Shown in pieces: positions 9,143 to 19,452 of a DNA stretch of 64,000 bases. Where the stretch lies: contig JAHQJS010000007.1 of the NCBI GenBank assembly GCA_019057385.1, positions 841,040 to 905,039 on the forward strand, read 5' to 3'. Within the stretch, counting starts at the first letter, position 1; each line of letters starts with the position of its first letter. The position numbers were made by a program, and so were the translations under genes. The stretch is from Candidatus Borrarchaeum weybense (lineage in GTDB: Archaea > Asgardarchaeota > Sifarchaeia > Borrarchaeales > Borrarchaeaceae). The notes beneath the pieces were generated by a model. It had not been told where the DNA came from and did no database searches. It saw nothing but the letters and a program-made list of their open reading frames with translations.

Positions 9143-10204
9143 CTAGCTAGTTCTTTCACTAACACCTGCATCGGCAAAAGTAGCCATCTCGTTGAGAATT
9201 TTTATGCTTGCTTCGACTAATGGCATGGCTAATGCGGCACCTGTTCCTTCACCTAGTCTGAGATCAAGATTTAAAAGCGGCCTTTTATTAAACGTTTCTA
9301 GAATGATTTGATGGCCACGCTCTACCGATAAATGGGAGGCAATGAAATAATCTTTTACATTTGGCTGTAATTTATATGCTACTAGAGCCCCAGCACTAGA
9401 AATAAATCCGTCTAGTAAAATAGGTATCTTATGTGCTGCTGCTGCTAAAACCACACCAGTAATGCCGCCAATTTCAAAACCTCCAACTTTCGATAATACA
9501 TCAATAGGATCAGTAATATCAGGATTATGCTTCGCCAAGGCTTTTTTTATTACATCGATTTTGTGAGCTAGCATTTCATCGTCAATACCAGTTCCCCGAC
9601 CTGTTACTTGTTCAACGGGTGCTCCTGTAAGGGCAGCTACTATTGCAGAACTTGTAGTTGTATTGCCAATGCCCATATCTCCACAACCAACTATATCAAT
9701 ACCATTCTTAGCCTCTTGCTCAAATACCTCAATTCCCGCTTCAATAGATCTAATTGCCTCATCTTTAGACATAGCATGGTCTTCAGCAAAATTTTTTGTG
9801 CCATAATTGATTTTCTTATTGATAATTTTGCCAGAAGCTTCATTAAGATCGGCTGCAACCCCCATATCTACTACTACGACTTTAGCATCAACATGCCTTG
9901 CCAATACGTTAATGGCAGCTCCACCTCTCACGAAATTGTATACCATTTGTGGTGTAACCTCTTGAGGATACCCCGTAACGCTTTCTTTGACTACTCCGTG
10001 ATCTCCTGCTAGTACAAAAATTACTTTCTTCTTTATCTTATATTCCTCATTTTCAGTTATCGTCAATACATCTTTAGTGATTTCTTCTAGCATTCCAAGA
10101 GAGCCAAGCGGTTTTGTAAGAGCATCTAGACGTTTTTGCGTTTTTGCTTTTAATTCATTCTTAATTGGTGAGATTTGATTTAATGTTTTCTTCAATACGT
10201 CCAT
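9143..10204 (-). CDS. cobT: Nicotinate-nucleotide-dimethylbenzimidazole phosphoribosyltransferase (bacterial-type CobT)
   Basis: LTKPLGSLG.LE, AGDHGV, GDMGIGNTT, LRLGEGTGA, EMATFADAGV. Confidence 0.95.
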   Translation of the reverse strand: MDVLKKTLNQISPIKNELKAKTQKRLDALTKPLGSLGMLEEITKDVLTITENEEYKIKKKVIFVLAGDHGVVKESVTGYPQEVTPQMVYNFVRGGAAINVLARHVDAKVVVVDMGVAADLNEASGKIINKKINYGTKNFAEDHAMSKDEAIRSIEAGIEVFEQEAKNGIDIVGCGDMGIGNTTTSSAIVAALTGAPVEQVTGRGTGIDDEMLAHKIDVIKKALAKHNPDITDPIDVLSKVGGFEIGGITGVVLAAAAHKIPILLDGFISSAGALVAYKLQPNVKDYFIASHLSVERGHQIILETFNKRPLLNLDLRLGEGTGAALAMPLVEASIKILNEMATFADAGVSERTS

Positions 10205-10305
10205 CTTAAACCCTCATTAAATCTTTTTGACAACTCCAACAATTCTATAGCCTTTACTAGGACCAAAGGATGCTCATGTGAATCTATAATCAATTGAAAC
10301 CTTCC

Positions 10306-11256
10306 TTAGTTTTTTACAGGATAGAGACCACATATTTTGCAATAATTCTTATTCATTGCAACTCCTCCACCACATCTTGGGCATATTTTTTCGTTATCAT
10401 TAGGAGGAGGTATCTCCCCAACCGTCTCACGATATATCTTGAAATAATAAGCTTGTTCTTGACTATCTAAAGGAACAATCTTGGACAAATCATTGAATTC
10501 TTCCGTCTCAATACAAAATATTGTACTTAGATTTGTACTTCCGCTTCCTGCTTCTATCGGATACTTGGGCCTCCATACAACATCTGGAGATAAAATCTCT
10601 TCAAACGCTTTTCTTAGTATGTATTTTCCATGAGTTATTCCTTTACGTTCTGCTATTTTGAGCTCAGCAGGAATCTTAAGTGCTAAATCTATTATTCTTT
10701 CGTCAAGAATAGGCTGGAATACCCTTAATCCTAAACTTTCACCTATAGGCTTAGCAGAAAAAGACCAACGTTCTACACCCTCAGTTATCCATTTATCTAC
10801 ATCGCAGGGTTCTAGTTCAAACATGAAAGAATAGCCTGCGAAGAGTTCATCGCCTCCATCACCGGTGAGGACTGATTTAACACCAAACTCTTTTAGATAT
10901 TTCAAACCGATATAGATTGTTATGTCATTTCTAATTTCCATTGGATCGAATGTTCTAAGCGTTTTAATTACATATTCTGCAGCCTCAGCAGCTTCCTCAA
11001 GGGTAAAAAGTTTAACAAAGTTTTGAAATGAAAACCGGTCAGCAACTATTTTTGCATAATAGAGATCAGGTGCGTCGCTATCAGAAAAACCAACTGAAAG
11101 AGTAATCGGCTTAAAATATCGGCTAACTAAAGCTGCTACAATTGAAGTATCAAGACCACCTGAAAGCAGGAAAGCATCGGCATAATAATCTTGAATGACT
11201 TCATTAAAAACTCTTAAAATTTCGTCTGTATACTTCTTTATACTATGTTCTTGCAA
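10306..11256 (-). CDS. Asparagine-synthetase-like PP-loop ligase without glutaminase domain, with C-terminal Zn ribbon
   Basis: LLSGGLDTS, TGDGGDELFAGY, KYILRKAF, WRPK, C-terminal CPRCG...CKICG. Confidence 0.8.
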   Translation of the reverse strand: MQEHSIKKYTDEILRVFNEVIQDYYADAFLLSGGLDTSIVAALVSRYFKPITLSVGFSDSDAPDLYYAKIVADRFSFQNFVKLFTLEEAAEAAEYVIKTLRTFDPMEIRNDITIYIGLKYLKEFGVKSVLTGDGGDELFAGYSFMFELEPCDVDKWITEGVERWSFSAKPIGESLGLRVFQPILDERIIDLALKIPAELKIAERKGITHGKYILRKAFEEILSPDVVWRPKYPIEAGSGSTNLSTIFCIETEEFNDLSKIVPLDSQEQAYYFKIYRETVGEIPPPNDNEKICPRCGGGVAMNKNYCKICGLYPVKN

Positions 11257-11273
11257 GTGTTTTTTACCCCCTA

Positions 11274-11930
11274 CTAGATTACGTTAAAATCCTCTATCTC
11301 AAGAAGCAATCGGTCGTCTTTCACAACTTTTTTGCTCGCTACTATTTCTATACGCCGCTGGAAGAATGGACCATTAGTTACAAGGGTGTGATATTCACCA
11401 TTTTCGCCACACAAATCGATTTCTCGACTTCTGAGGTAATCTATAAATTCCCAGTTAAGGGGATGTCCTATCCAGTCGTCATGTATAAGATCAGATTTAA
11501 CGCTGATAATTTTGGCTTCAAAACCATTATTTATGAATTCCATTAGTAGATTTTCGTATTTTTGCTTCCATAACGGTTCAAAAACATCGAGTTCAGCTTC
11601 TTCACAAACCTTCTCGACCCAATCTCTGTTTTCCTGAAAATCTATGTCTCCAAATACTCCGCTTTCGATGCCTCTATTCCTCAGTTCCTTAATTCTTCTC
11701 TTAAATTCTCGTTCATAATCTTCCCAAGAAGCCCTCCCATAAACTATTGGAATTCCAATTGCTTTAGCTTGTGCATCAATAATTTCTTTTCTTAAACCAT
11801 GACCTCTAGACCGTAAACCGTCTTCGTCAAGCATGTTAAATAGGAATTCAACATGTAAACCGGTTTTCAGAGCTCTAAATAACGCCAAGCTACTTTCTTT
11901 ACCACCGCTCCAAGAAACAAAAACTCTCAA
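11274..11930 (-). CDS. DUF71/COG2102 PP-loop ATPase (B12-salvage-associated subgroup likely)
   Basis: VSWSGGKES, VFGDID, DLCGENGEYHT; lies inside the cobamide operon. Confidence 0.85.
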   Translation of the reverse strand: MRVFVSWSGGKESSLALFRALKTGLHVEFLFNMLDEDGLRSRGHGLRKEIIDAQAKAIGIPIVYGRASWEDYEREFKRRIKELRNRGIESGVFGDIDFQENRDWVEKVCEEAELDVFEPLWKQKYENLLMEFINNGFEAKIISVKSDLIHDDWIGHPLNWEFIDYLRSREIDLCGENGEYHTLVTNGPFFQRRIEIVASKKVVKDDRLLLEIEDFNVI

Positions 11931-11961
11931 CGGATTTCACCTTCTTTATTATGAATTTACT

Positions 11962-13071
11962 CTATTGAATAATTTGATTAAGCGCACCTAAGAGGCGTTT
12001 ATTCTCTTTTTCAGTTCTTATTCCAATTCGAATATGATTATCACCCAGGGGCTTAAATGACGAGCAATTTCTTACTAAAATGCCGAGTTCCCTTAGTTCC
12101 TGTTCAAGACGAGTTCCTGTTAAACCAGTTCCACTAACATCAACAAAAAAATAATTTGCATCTGGTAATTCCGTCTTAAGCCCTCTTATTTTTGCTAAGT
12201 TCTCCATAAGAAATCTTTTTTGTTTATAGAAGAGTTCCTTAGATTTTTCTAGATAAGATATATCCTTTAAAGCCGCAATTGCTGCTACTTGTGCTAAATA
12301 GTTTACGTTCCATTCAAGTTTGGCGCGGCTCATATATGAGATTAATTCCTTAGATCCTATTCCATACCCGACTCTAAGTCCTGGTATAGCAAATATTTTG
12401 GTGAGCGAGTGAATTACAAAGACATTTGTATGTTGTGTAACTCTGATGGCATAACTTACACCTTTTTCTGTGCTGTCTATGAAAACTTCATCGAGAAAAA
12501 CGAGAACCTGTTTTTCATTAGCGTCTTCGACAATGCTTTGAAGTTCATCTGGCGGCATCAATTTTGAAGTAGGATTGTTTGGATTGCATAGAAAAATCGC
12601 TTTGGTTTTATCGGTTATTTTTGCAATTATATCACTTGAATTAACAATAAAATCAGGAGATTTCAATTCTACAAATATAGGAAGTGCGCCCATGAATTCT
12701 GTCGCAACCGTATATTCGTCAAAAGTCGGAATGGGAATAATTACTTCGTCGCCCTCTTCAAAAAAAGTCTCTGCAAATAATCTTATCAGTTCATTCGAGC
12801 CATTCCCAACTATTAGATTTTCCTCATGTAGATTGTAAATCTTGGTAAGTTCCTTTTTAAATTCTGTCGAATGAGAATCTGGATAATGAGAAAGATTATG
12901 CAAATTTCGTCTTATCACTTCTATAACGGATTCTGGGGGTCCAATAGGGTTTATACTAGCACTGAAATCTATTAATTCTATTGCTTGTACATTGGGGTTT
13001 TTCTTATAGTGCCAAAACTTGCCCCCATGAGTGCTTGCCTTCAATTCTATTATAGATTTACGCGGTCGCAT
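11962..13071 (-). CDS. cobD: L-threonine-O-3-phosphate decarboxylase CobD
   Basis: HGG, DFSASINP.GPP, CNPNNPT, SLTKIFAIPGLRVGY, LVRNCSSF; cobamide context. Confidence 0.8.
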   Translation of the reverse strand: MRPRKSIIELKASTHGGKFWHYKKNPNVQAIELIDFSASINPIGPPESVIEVIRRNLHNLSHYPDSHSTEFKKELTKIYNLHEENLIVGNGSNELIRLFAETFFEEGDEVIIPIPTFDEYTVATEFMGALPIFVELKSPDFIVNSSDIIAKITDKTKAIFLCNPNNPTSKLMPPDELQSIVEDANEKQVLVFLDEVFIDSTEKGVSYAIRVTQHTNVFVIHSLTKIFAIPGLRVGYGIGSKELISYMSRAKLEWNVNYLAQVAAIAALKDISYLEKSKELFYKQKRFLMENLAKIRGLKTELPDANYFFVDVSGTGLTGTRLEQELRELGILVRNCSSFKPLGDNHIRIGIRTEKENKRLLGALNQIIQ

Positions 13072-13119
13072 TATTTCACCCTTAATAAATATAGATAAAA
13101 AGAAAGGGCAATAATATCA

Positions 13120-13722
13120 TCATATTGCCTCTTTCACTTTAAGTCCGATCCTATATCCAATTATACCTGCAACAAATCCAAAAATTACACCAACAATTAC
13201 ATTCAAAACAATAAACACGCCGTAGGGTACACCAAAGAAGAATTCTACAAATGCGACATACTCAGGATACGTAATTGTTAGCAAACCCAGCTGGAACGGA
13301 TAGAACACAATTGCTCTTAAGCATGCTCCGATGCCTGCTTTTAGAGAATTATTAGGATATCCACCAGTGATATAGAAGAAAGCCTCTATTAATGCTCCAG
13401 GTAAAATATCAGATGCTAGACCGATTACTGAAAAAATATTTGGAAATAAAACTACTTCAAGAAGCCCATGGAGAAAGAAGATAAGAAAAACTGTTCCTCC
13501 CTTTCTTATTATTGTAGCTGCGAGCAGTACAAGAGTCATCGCTAAGAGTTCATAAACTATAACGGATACTACCCAGCTAAGCGGGGCCGGTATAGCAGCG
13601 AGCCCAATAAACCAAATTTGTTGCACACCATACCAGACGCCAACAAAAATTGCAATAACAACTAAATCAAATGTAGCAAACCGTTTGAAAAACCCTTTTT
13701 CTTGCTCAGTTTCCATTGTCAC
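13120..13722 (-). CDS. ECF transporter S (substrate) component, probably corrinoid-related
   Basis: About 200-aa hydrophobic multi-TM protein directly after ecfT/ecfA. Confidence 0.65.
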   Translation of the reverse strand: MTMETEQEKGFFKRFATFDLVVIAIFVGVWYGVQQIWFIGLAAIPAPLSWVVSVIVYELLAMTLVLLAATIIRKGGTVFLIFFLHGLLEVVLFPNIFSVIGLASDILPGALIEAFFYITGGYPNNSLKAGIGACLRAIVFYPFQLGLLTITYPEYVAFVEFFFGVPYGVFIVLNVIVGVIFGFVAGIIGYRIGLKVKEAI

Positions 13723-13742
13723 TGTTTCACCTCCTTAGTTTT

Positions 13743-14573
13743 TCATACTACTATTTGCATTAACTCTACGCTAATATTCTGAATAGAAAAGACTTCAATC
13801 AAGACAATAATAGATAAAGCAACCAGAAGGACTGAAAAAACCAACATGAGATAATCTCTACTTCCTAATTGAAGGGTCTCCATCGTAGTTGGATTTTTTG
13901 TAGCTCGAAAGCCTCGTGCATCTAGAGAATACGCTAATTGCATACTTCTACGTATCGAATGAATAATTAAAGGCGTAAACAATCTTTTGATTGATTTAAT
14001 ACGCCCTATTATACCACTTGTTTCAATTCCCCGAACATTTGCAACTGCTGTTAACTTCTTCCATTGTTCAATTGCGAGTGGAATGAAACGAATCGTAATG
14101 ATTACCATGATTGTTAGCTCATAAGGACAACGTAGTTTTCTAAGTGCACTCACCATTCTACTGGGTTCTGTGGTAAGGGAAACCAATAATGCCATTGAGA
14201 CTAATGATAATGTTCTGAATGAAAATGTAATTGAAGCAAGAAGAATCTCGGTGTAGATTCCAGAACCACCTATTATCGGAATCACTGCGGGAATTACTTC
14301 TATGTACGTTAAACGTTCTTTAGGCGCAATTCTTGAAAATACTGTTGAAGAAACAAACATAAAAGCAAAAAGTAACGCTATACTTTTAAAAAAGTAACTA
14401 ACGGTCTTAATAGGTAACTTTGCAAGTAACCAAGCGCAAAGAACGGCGATAAATGAAAGAAATAGAATAAGTGCATCGTGAATTGTACTTATTAGCATCA
14501 AGAAAGACATCGAAGTTATCAACTTAACTCTAGGATCCAAGCTTGATGAACTAAAATTTATACTATTCTGCAC
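13743..14573 (-). CDS. ecfT: ECF transporter T component
   Basis: LDPRVK, IRFIP, VRG and LDARGF motifs. Confidence 0.88.
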   Translation of the reverse strand: MQNSINFSSSSLDPRVKLITSMSFLMLISTIHDALILFLSFIAVLCAWLLAKLPIKTVSYFFKSIALLFAFMFVSSTVFSRIAPKERLTYIEVIPAVIPIIGGSGIYTEILLASITFSFRTLSLVSMALLVSLTTEPSRMVSALRKLRCPYELTIMVIITIRFIPLAIEQWKKLTAVANVRGIETSGIIGRIKSIKRLFTPLIIHSIRRSMQLAYSLDARGFRATKNPTTMETLQLGSRDYLMLVFSVLLVALSIIVLIEVFSIQNISVELMQIVV

Positions 14574-14587
14574 TTATCTCGCCCTTC

Positions 14588-16099
14588 TCAGTTTTCCATT
14601 ATTGGTAGTTGCACATTTTCTGTCGGAAATTGCCTAGAATTATTTTGTGCCATGTTTTGGTTAATGTGAGTTTCCATTATTTTCCCATTTTCTAATAAAA
14701 GTACTCTATTTGATATTGCACTGAGAAATTCCAAATCATGTGAGATTGTAATTAATGTGTGTGTTTCATTCAATTCTTGAGCCAATTTGATGAAATCTTG
14801 CTTATGCTTATAGTCTTGTCCAGTTGTAGGCTCATCGAAAATCAAAATATTCGGTTGTGATACTAATAACGAAGCAATTGCAACCCTTTCTCTTTCCCCA
14901 TAACTTATTTTAAAAGTACCTTTGTTATCGTAACCCTTAAGATTCAATAAATCGAGGGTTTCGTTTAAAAGCTTGTTTTTCTCATCCTCACTCAATCTTT
15001 GAATCCAAGGCGCGTATAAAATTTCATTTGAAACCTTGGTCGTCAGAATATTATCGTCTGGGTTTTGAAAGAGCACACCGATTTTCCTTATTGCTTGTTT
15101 ACGTTTATAACTCCCGATCAGCTTTCCATCAATCATTATAGAGCCTTGTTTTGGCTTAAGAACGCCTGCTAAGATAAGTGCAAGAGTCGTTTTTCCAGAA
15201 CCATTCTCACCCATTATTCCCAGGGATTCTCTTTCAAAGATTGAAAAAGAAATGTCAGTTAAAACGGAGTAATTATTATAGGAGAATGAAAGATTTTCTA
15301 CTTGCAAGATTTTAGATCCATTAGTAATATTGGATTGTAGTGAGGGGTATATGGTCGTATTCAAAGGCTGTATTCCATAAGTGTTACAAAATTTTGTGTC
15401 TGTTAATATTTGAGGATCATCTGCAACTATTTCTCCACGATTTAGAACGATAACCCGATCGGTAATTTTACTAACTTCTTTTGTCCTATGCTCTGCAATT
15501 ATAACAGTGATATTTTGATTTTCGCTGATTTGATCGATTAATGCTAGTATTTTTCTACCTGTTTTAAGGTCAATATTTGAAGTGGGCTCATCAAAAACCA
15601 TTATAGCTGGACGAAAAGCAAGCATAGACGCAATACAGACTCTCTGTTGCTGTCCCATTGATAGTTCTGTCAATGGTTTTTCGGCAAATTTCTCCATTTC
15701 TACTGCTTCAAGTGCAAAATAAACCCTTTCTTGTATTTCCTCAGGAGGCAATCCTAAATTCTGTGGACCAAACGCTACTTCATCTTTAACCTTTAGAGAA
15801 AATAGTTGGGCCGATGGATTTTGGAGCACAACACCAACTTTATTTTTTAAGTGATAGGGAGGTGTTCTTTGGAGATTTTCACGTCCAACAGTTATATTGC
15901 CTTTAATTTTTCCTTCGGAATAAGAGTGCGGTATTAATCCGCTTATACATAATACTAATGTTGACTTGCCGCATCCGCTGGGTCCAACAATTAGTAAACG
16001 CTCACCTTTATTGACTTTCAGATTGAAATCCTTCAAGGCAGGTTTCTCTGTGTTCGAATAACAATAAGAAAAATTCTCAACATGAATAAGCGGATTCAT
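14588..16099 (-). CDS. ECF transporter fused double ATPase (A-A')
   Basis: Two Walker A (GPSGCGKS, GENGSGKT), QNP loops, two DEPT motifs. Confidence 0.88.
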   Translation of the reverse strand: MNPLIHVENFSYCYSNTEKPALKDFNLKVNKGERLLIVGPSGCGKSTLVLCISGLIPHSYSEGKIKGNITVGRENLQRTPPYHLKNKVGVVLQNPSAQLFSLKVKDEVAFGPQNLGLPPEEIQERVYFALEAVEMEKFAEKPLTELSMGQQQRVCIASMLAFRPAIMVFDEPTSNIDLKTGRKILALIDQISENQNITVIIAEHRTKEVSKITDRVIVLNRGEIVADDPQILTDTKFCNTYGIQPLNTTIYPSLQSNITNGSKILQVENLSFSYNNYSVLTDISFSIFERESLGIMGENGSGKTTLALILAGVLKPKQGSIMIDGKLIGSYKRKQAIRKIGVLFQNPDDNILTTKVSNEILYAPWIQRLSEDEKNKLLNETLDLLNLKGYDNKGTFKISYGERERVAIASLLVSQPNILIFDEPTTGQDYKHKQDFIKLAQELNETHTLITISHDLEFLSAISNRVLLLENGKIMETHINQNMAQNNSRQFPTENVQLPIMEN

Positions 16100-16264
16100 T
16101 TTAGTAACATCAATCTCCTTTAAGGTAGTTCTTCATCTCCATATAGACAGATGTCATACACTCCAACCAATAGATGGTACTTTACGTAAGTAAAGAGGTA
16201 GGCACTTTAAAGGATCAAAAGGAGAGATAGAATTTGTAAGCATGAAATTGTAAAAGATACCTAC

Positions 16265-16288
16265 CTAGGGTAGGTTATCCTACCCTAG
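16265..16288. promoter_or_regulatory. Perfect 10-4-10 inverted repeat, candidate repressor operator of the ECF-cob operon
   Basis: CTAGGGTAGG-ttat-CCTACCCTAG directly beside a minus-strand TATA-like tract at 16289-16298. Confidence 0.6.
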
Positions 16289-16548
16289 ATATATATAGTT
16301 TTCGATTGTCCGCGCACGTATCCATTAGATGATTTATGTCGAAAAATAAACCATTGAATTTATTACAGATTTTACTCCAATTTTGTAGGTACAATTCGAT
16401 CTGGTTCCATTAAAGAGGATTTCGCCGCGTAAAACGGTCTATTGATAGGAATCTTTCCTAGAAATCCCCTTTTTTTCATTATTTTTCAATTTCAAAACGG
16501 TTTCGTGCCAATATACAGTGTTTACCCCTCGATAGGTTAAAAAATACT

Positions 16549-18399
16549 TCATTTTCTAGAGATCCTATCTTTGTGAGGGATATACATAGATTTAGCATAC
16601 TCTCTTGTAAAATCTGGATCAAGCACAAGTTCCAAATAACGAACTTTTCGGCCAATCTCCTCTGACATTTTCCTAGATTCTTTGGATAGAAGTGCCATCC
16701 TTGCACCGGTTCCCGCAGCGTTCCCTACCGATTTAATTATTTCTATAGGAAAGTTAGGAATCATCCCGATAGTGATGGCTGCCTCTGGATCTACATAGCA
16801 CCCAAAAGCGCCAGCAATAAAAACATGCGCAACATCATCAATTTTAATTCCTTTATTTTTTAATAAAAGTGCGGCTCCGGCATGCATTGCTGCTTTAGCT
16901 AGTTGCAATTGTTTTATATCTTCTTGAGAAATAGCGAGGTTTTCTTCAAGAACTGTTTCATCTTTCCGCAAGAGTATAAATTTAGACTCTCCTTTTTTGT
17001 CGACAATCCTTGGAGTGGGAAGAGAAACGTTTATACGCCCTCTGTGATTTATAATTCCCGCCTTAAACATTTCCGAAAGGGCGTCAATTATTGCTGAACC
17101 ACAGATACCTCTAGGTTTCGCATCATCTATTGTTTTATAGGTGACTTCAAAAGTTACAGGATCGATTTTTAAGCGTTCAATTGCCCCAGTCGATGCACGT
17201 ATTCCATGCTTGATATACGCACCTTCAAAGGCGGGCCCTGATGCACAAGAACACACAAGTATATCATCTTTATTTCCAAGAGCGATTTCTGTATTCGTAC
17301 CAATATCTAAGGTCAAACATATTTCATCAGATTTGTATATTTCTGTAGCTAATATTTCAGCGACTTTATCTCCTCCCACAAAGCCCGCTATTATAGGAAG
17401 AAGGTGAACATTTCCATAAGAATATATATCAAGTTTCAACTTTTCTGTGGGAATATCCAGCGAATTTTTCACCACTGGAACATACGGTGCTATCGGTAAA
17501 TAATCAGAAGGGATACGTAAGAATGTATGATGCATAGCAGTATTTCCGACCGCACAGATCTCATAAACCTCGTATAATTTCACCTCTGCTTTTTCACAAA
17601 GTGACTCTATGAGTTGATTTATTCCTTCAACGATAATATCAGACATTAAATTTGGGTTCTTTGTTGCAAAAGTGATTCTTGAAACAACATCTTCTCCATA
17701 AGGGATTTGCGGATTCATAATAGAGTCAGCAGCCATCAAACTTCCATTATAAAGATTGATCAAATAGGCAGCAATCTTAGTAGTTCCAATATCTAGTGCT
17801 ACCCCATAATTTTTCTCGAATGTCATCCCACGCTCAATATCAATGATCTTTTGGTTATTCCAAATTGTTACGGTCACAACCCAATCTCCATCTCTTAAAA
17901 CGTGAGGAATCTTTTTGAGAATGTTAAAGTCTATTCCAATATTGTGTCCAAGAATGTTATGAACTTCATCCATAATTCGCTCTGCATCAGCTCTAAGATC
18001 CTGAAGAGCTGGTGGGGTCATCTTCAACACTACTTTCTGAACAAACGGATCAAATTCTATAGGAACTTCAATACCTTCAATCTGAAGCCGTTGTTTTCCA
18101 GTTCTGCTGTTTATTGGTATTTCTACAGTGACATTTCCTTTTGGAACTGTGCAACACGCCAATCTGTATCCTTTTTGAATTTCTAGTTGAGTGAGAATTC
18201 TTTTTTCATCATCGGTAATTAGGTTGACAGCATTTTTTTCTGAATTTATTATAATCTTACATTTACCACATATTGCGGTTCCTCCACAAATAGCTTGAAT
18301 ATCTATGCCTCCCTTTATTGCGCCTTCCAATATGGTTTCGCCGTTGGCGATGGTAACCCTTTTTCCATCAGGTTGAAATGTTATTTCACTTTGATTCAT
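16549..18399 (-). CDS. ATP-dependent reductive activator of corrinoid proteins (RACo/RACE; 2Fe-2S + ASKHA)
   Basis: CGGTAICGKC, RLACC, DIGTT, GFVGGD, DIGTNTE, GPAFEG, GICGS, AGAFG, GNAAG. Confidence 0.9.
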   Translation of the reverse strand: MNQSEITFQPDGKRVTIANGETILEGAIKGGIDIQAICGGTAICGKCKIIINSEKNAVNLITDDEKRILTQLEIQKGYRLACCTVPKGNVTVEIPINSRTGKQRLQIEGIEVPIEFDPFVQKVVLKMTPPALQDLRADAERIMDEVHNILGHNIGIDFNILKKIPHVLRDGDWVVTVTIWNNQKIIDIERGMTFEKNYGVALDIGTTKIAAYLINLYNGSLMAADSIMNPQIPYGEDVVSRITFATKNPNLMSDIIVEGINQLIESLCEKAEVKLYEVYEICAVGNTAMHHTFLRIPSDYLPIAPYVPVVKNSLDIPTEKLKLDIYSYGNVHLLPIIAGFVGGDKVAEILATEIYKSDEICLTLDIGTNTEIALGNKDDILVCSCASGPAFEGAYIKHGIRASTGAIERLKIDPVTFEVTYKTIDDAKPRGICGSAIIDALSEMFKAGIINHRGRINVSLPTPRIVDKKGESKFILLRKDETVLEENLAISQEDIKQLQLAKAAMHAGAALLLKNKGIKIDDVAHVFIAGAFGCYVDPEAAITIGMIPNFPIEIIKSVGNAAGTGARMALLSKESRKMSEEIGRKVRYLELVLDPDFTREYAKSMYIPHKDRISRK

Positions 18400-18425
18400 A
18401 GATATATGCTCCGATTATGTATTAT

Positions 18426-19343
18426 TTAGAATATTCTGTAAAGAGGATGGTTCTTGGTTCTAGTTTTTATACGATCTTCTCGCATTGCATATGCAATTAT
18501 TGCATCAGTCATTGCGGCTGCAGGAAATATTATCTCTGCATTTTTTATTGGACCATATAGGATAAAATTGGCTCCTGCATTTTGAAGAATCGTCACACAA
18601 CCTGTCATACATGTTTTCTTTGCATCCATTCCATATTCCTTTAGGCGCGTCCATTGCAGAAGTTGTCTGTATGGTGATCCTCCAGCCGGTAGGCCAAACT
18701 CTTCTTTAATTAAAGGGATTGCTTTAGCCACTAGGCCAACACCTGGTATATCGCAAGGTGACCCATCGATTAACGTATTTTTGACCCCTGATCTCTCTGC
18801 AATTGTTAAAAGACCTTCCTGACGCGAGGTCCCATTTAGTATTTCAACTCTTCCTGCTGGCTTGGGACTCGAGAGATTAAAGGAGTAGATTATAGCAGAG
18901 TCCACCCCTGCCTCTTTTATAGCCATTAATTCCTCTTCTTTTGTAAAATAAGCTATGTGATTATAAACAATTCTATCACTTAAACCTACCTCTGCAGAGT
19001 GTTGGACGGCCGAAATTTTTACATCCATCTGGGGACTATAAAGCAATATAGGAGCATCGGTGAGATTCGCTACAAAATCAATATATTTACAAATGGCTTC
19101 AGGGCTTGTACCTACAACATCTATCATTATAGGGTTGCCGGTTTTTTCCGACAACTCAGATTGTTTTTCTATGAATTCTTCTGCTTTCTGCTTGTCGAAT
19201 GCCCCTGTTTTTTCGTTTTCAACGATTTTATCGCCGTGATAGAAGATTGTTCCAATTAATACAGTAGGGAGTTCTCCTAGCTGTCCGCCCACTTCAACGT
19301 TTCCTATACGAAATACTTTCTGTTCATTCTCAAATTTAAACAC
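18426..19343 (-). CDS. MtrH/MtgA-family methylcorrinoid:pterin methyltransferase, paralog 1 (degenerate motifs)
   Basis: MFKFENEQK...GGQ.GELPTVL.GTIFY...LYGPI...HPLYRIF. Confidence 0.85.
   Translation of the reverse strand: MFKFENEQKVFRIGNVEVGGQLGELPTVLIGTIFYHGDKIVENEKTGAFDKQKAEEFIEKQSELSEKTGNPIMIDVVGTSPEAICKYIDFVANLTDAPILLYSPQMDVKISAVQHSAEVGLSDRIVYNHIAYFTKEEELMAIKEAGVDSAIIYSFNLSSPKPAGRVEILNGTSRQEGLLTIAERSGVKNTLIDGSPCDIPGVGLVAKAIPLIKEEFGLPAGGSPYRQLLQWTRLKEYGMDAKKTCMTGCVTILQNAGANFILYGPIKNAEIIFPAAAMTDAIIAYAMREDRIKTRTKNHPLYRIF
19141..19262. repeat. 122-bp identical tract shared with 20171..20292 (mtrH paralogs)
   Basis: Direct comparison by eye; a second ~80-bp near-identical tract lies at ~18481-18560 / ~19508-19587. 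Confidence 0.85.
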
Positions 19344-19452
19344 GCTGTTCTACTCCTGAAAGAAGAAATGCTTTCCATTAGGGAGTTAAAGACATATTAT
19401 CTCCCAATTCATCGTTTTTAAACCTAAGGACCTTGTTGACTTTTAAAATGAT

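Noticed and set aside
16100-16260. Cobalamin riboswitch in the ECF operon leader
   Set aside because: No B12-box or GGGAA core is recognisable on the coding strand
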